Positions 62,295 through 64,000 of a DNA stretch of 64,000 nt are shown piece by piece (within the stretch, counting starts at the first letter, position 1; each line of letters starts with the position of its first letter). The translations under genes and the position numbers were made by a program. The notes beneath the pieces were generated by a model that worked only from the letters and a program-made list of their open reading frames with translations, was not told where the DNA came from and did no database searches. The stretch is from assembly GCA_965204755.1 (NCBI GenBank), contig OZ242011.1, forward strand, positions 2,164,975 to 2,228,974, written 5' to 3'. The stretch comes from Candidatus Marinacidobacterium sp. Its GTDB lineage: Bacteria; Acidobacteriota; Vicinamibacteria; Marinacidobacterales; Marinacidobacteraceae.

Positions 62295-63092
62295 TTATCC
62301 GGCCTCGGTGAGTTCGCGCACGGCCTTCGAGTACTCGGCCAGGAGATCGCCCTCCCCGGCGGGAGACCCGAAGAGCCGCTCCACGAGCCGCGCCAGGTGG
62401 CTCCCGACCACCGCCACGCGGGCGCCCGCGGAGAACGCGGCCGCCACCTGGCTGCCGGTGGAGATGCCGAAGCCGAGGCAGAGCGGGCGGTCCACCGAGC
62501 CCGCCACCCCGCGAAGGCGTTCGAGGACTCGGTCGAAACCGCCCTCGCGGACCCCGGTGACTCCCTGGAACCCGGCGAGATAGACCAGGTCCGAGGCCCG
62601 CGAGAGGCGGCGGAGGCGGTCCCCCGGCGTGATCGGCCCGGCGAGCGCCACGCGGGCGAGGCCCGCTCGGCGGCAGGCGCTCCGGATCGGCCCGGCCTCG
62701 TCCACCGGAATGTCGGGGACCAGCAGCGAGGAGCCGCCGCAGGCCGCGGCCTCCGCGCAGAACCGCTCGTAGCCGAGGCGGTGGACCAGGTTCCCGTAAA
62801 CCATGAGGTTCAGCGGGGTGTCCGGGCAGGCCTCGGCGATCCGGTCGAGCAGGGGGAACGCGGACCTGGTGGACACGCCGGCGGCGAGCGCCCGGCGGGC
62901 GGCCTGCTGGATCGCCGGGCCGTCGGCCACCGGATCGCTGTACGGGAACCCGATCTCCAGCATTCCGGCGCCGGCGGCGACGGCCGCGCGCGCGAGTTCC
63001 ACGGAAATCTCCGGGGTGGGATGGCCGAGGACTACGAAGGGCGAAACGGAGGGCCCCCGCCGCAGCGCGGCCCGGAGGCGGGCGCGGCTCAC
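62295..63092 (-). CDS. trpA: Tryptophan synthase alpha chain
   Basis: [26 protein letters not shown] 63092 overlaps the trpB stop (GTGA). Confidence 0.9.
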   Translation of the reverse strand: MSRARLRAALRRGPSVSPFVVLGHPTPEISVELARAAVAAGAGMLEIGFPYSDPVADGPAIQQAARRALAAGVSTRSAFPLLDRIAEACPDTPLNLMVYGNLVHRLGYERFCAEAAACGGSSLLVPDIPVDEAGPIRSACRRAGLARVALAGPITPGDRLRRLSRASDLVYLAGFQGVTGVREGGFDRVLERLRGVAGSVDRPLCLGFGISTGSQVAAAFSAGARVAVVGSHLARLVERLFGSPAGEGDLLAEYSKAVRELTEAG

Positions 63093-64000
63093 CGGGCCGG
63101 CGCCCCGGACTTCCGGCGCGGCCGCCGCCGCCCGAGAGTGAAATAGGTCTCGAGGTCCTTGTCTCCCCGGCCGGACAGGTTGAGGAGCACCCGGGAACCG
63201 GCCGCGAGTTCCCCCCGGCGCACCGCCCGGAGCGCGAACGCGAGCGCGTGGGCCGGCTCGAACGCCGGAACGATGCCCTCCGTCTCGCAGAGGACCTCGA
63301 ACGCCTCGAGCGCCTCTTCGTCGGTGGCGGCCACATACCGGGCCCGCCCGGTCGCCTGGAGATGGGCGTGCTCCGGGCCGACGCCCGGGTAGTCGAGCCC
63401 GGCGGAGATGCCGTGCGGCTCCAGGATCTGCCCGTCCTCGTCCTGGAGGACCATCGTCCGGGCGCCGTGGAGCAGTCCGGGAGTCCCCCGCGCGAGCGTG
63501 GCCCCGTGCCGCCCGCTGTCGAGGCCGGCGCCTCCCGGCTCCACGCCGACGAGGGCCACCGACGGTTCCGGGACGAAGGCGTGGAAGATGCCGATGGCGT
63601 TGCTCCCGCCGCCCACGCAGGCCGCGACCGCGTCGGGCAGCCCCCCGAATTCCCGGCGCCACTGCCGTTTCGCTTCGCGGCCGATCACCGCCTGGAAACC
63701 GCGCACCAGGAGCGGGAAGGGATGCGGCCCGGCCGCGGTCCCCAGCAGGTAGTGGGTGGTCTCGAGGCTCGCCGTCCAGTCCCGGAGCGCCTCGTTGATC
63801 GCGTCCTTGAGCGTCGCCGCGCCGGTCCCGACCGGCGTCACCCGGGCGCCGCAGAGTTCCATCCGCCGCACATTGGGCGCTTGGCGTTCCATGTCCTTCT
63901 CGCCCATGTAGATGACCGCTTCCATCCCGAAGCGGGCGGCGATCATGGCCGTCGCCGTCCCGTGCTGGCCGGCGCCGGTCTCCGCGATGAGCCGGGTCTT
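63089..64000 (-). CDS. trpB: Tryptophan synthase beta chain (5' end outside the window)
   Basis: [24 protein letters not shown]. The frame stays open to the window edge, where it reads [18 protein letters not shown]. Confidence 0.9.
   Translation of the reverse strand, partial: KTRLIAETGAGQHGTATAMIAARFGMEAVIYMGEKDMERQAPNVRRMELCGARVTPVGTGAATLKDAINEALRDWTASLETTHYLLGTAAGPHPFPLLVRGFQAVIGREAKRQWRREFGGLPDAVAACVGGGSNAIGIFHAFVPEPSVALVGVEPGGAGLDSGRHGATLARGTPGLLHGARTMVLQDEDGQILEPHGISAGLDYPGVGPEHAHLQATGRARYVAATDEEALEAFEVLCETEGIVPAFEPAHALAFALRAVRRGELAAGSRVLLNLSGRGDKDLETYFTLGRRRPRRKSGAPAR

Noticed and set aside
1-64000. CRISPR arrays, tRNA/rRNA genes, IS elements, integrases and prophage genes
   Set aside because: I looked for regularly spaced direct repeats, T-loop-like GGTTCGAATCC motifs and transposase/integrase-like ORFs, especially at the borders of the three low-GC segments. 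None was found. A by-eye scan cannot exclude short or degenerate elements.

Overview
A 64-kb stretch of a very GC-rich bacterial chromosome. Hand counts of single 60-nt lines give about 75-78% G+C in core genes. A TIGR03436-type VWA protein and a split cytochrome b with a multihaem cytochrome c next to an aa3 oxidase suggest a Gemmatimonadota/Acidobacteriota-like lineage, but this is inference only. Most of the window is housekeeping: an NrtR-like Nudix gene followed by nqrCDEF; nine de novo purine genes in four clusters (purD-purE; purM-purN-tyrS-rlmN; purB-purS-purQ-purL; purF); rpsU and rpoZ; several secreted peptidases (DUF885, M24 x2, M16, S9); a tandem cyclophilin; and a D-aminoacylase. 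It also carries a roughly 10-kb minus-strand respiratory cluster (Rieske, split cytochrome b, octahaem cytochrome c, ctaC-ctaD, two subunit III genes and subunit IV), a DAHP synthase and trpB-trpA. trpB runs off the right edge. Many adjacent genes are joined by 1-4 nt start/stop overlaps (GTGA, ATGA, TGATG). No rRNA, tRNA, CRISPR array, transposase or integrase was recognised. Three lower-GC insertions lie next to pur genes. (1) 15.3-17.6 kb holds a gamma-class N6-adenine methyltransferase convergent with an unclassified PD-(D/E)xK-like ORF, a likely type II R-M system. (2) 28.9-30.4 kb holds a beta-class DPPY methyltransferase plus an acidic 115-aa ORF wedged between purL and purF. (3) 31.9-33.3 kb holds a truncated DprA/Smf-type (SLOG) protein overlapping a ComF-type phosphoribosyltransferase. 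Insertion (3) is my best candidate for an undescribed nucleotide-centred conflict system. Other notable signals are a G23 homopolymer that breaks an ArnT/PMT-like glycosyltransferase, two copies of a ~110-nt structured element in the purS-purQ spacer, and a 46-nt element found upstream of two unrelated genes. There are also twin CCACAA-N4-TTGTGG palindromes, a terminator-bearing leader upstream of a YfcC-type transporter that lacks any canonical start codon for its first helix, and an AT-rich operator-like island. The very long ORFs in the track (up to 1647 aa) are read-through artefacts of the GC content. All family assignments come from motif recognition by eye, and no database search was run.
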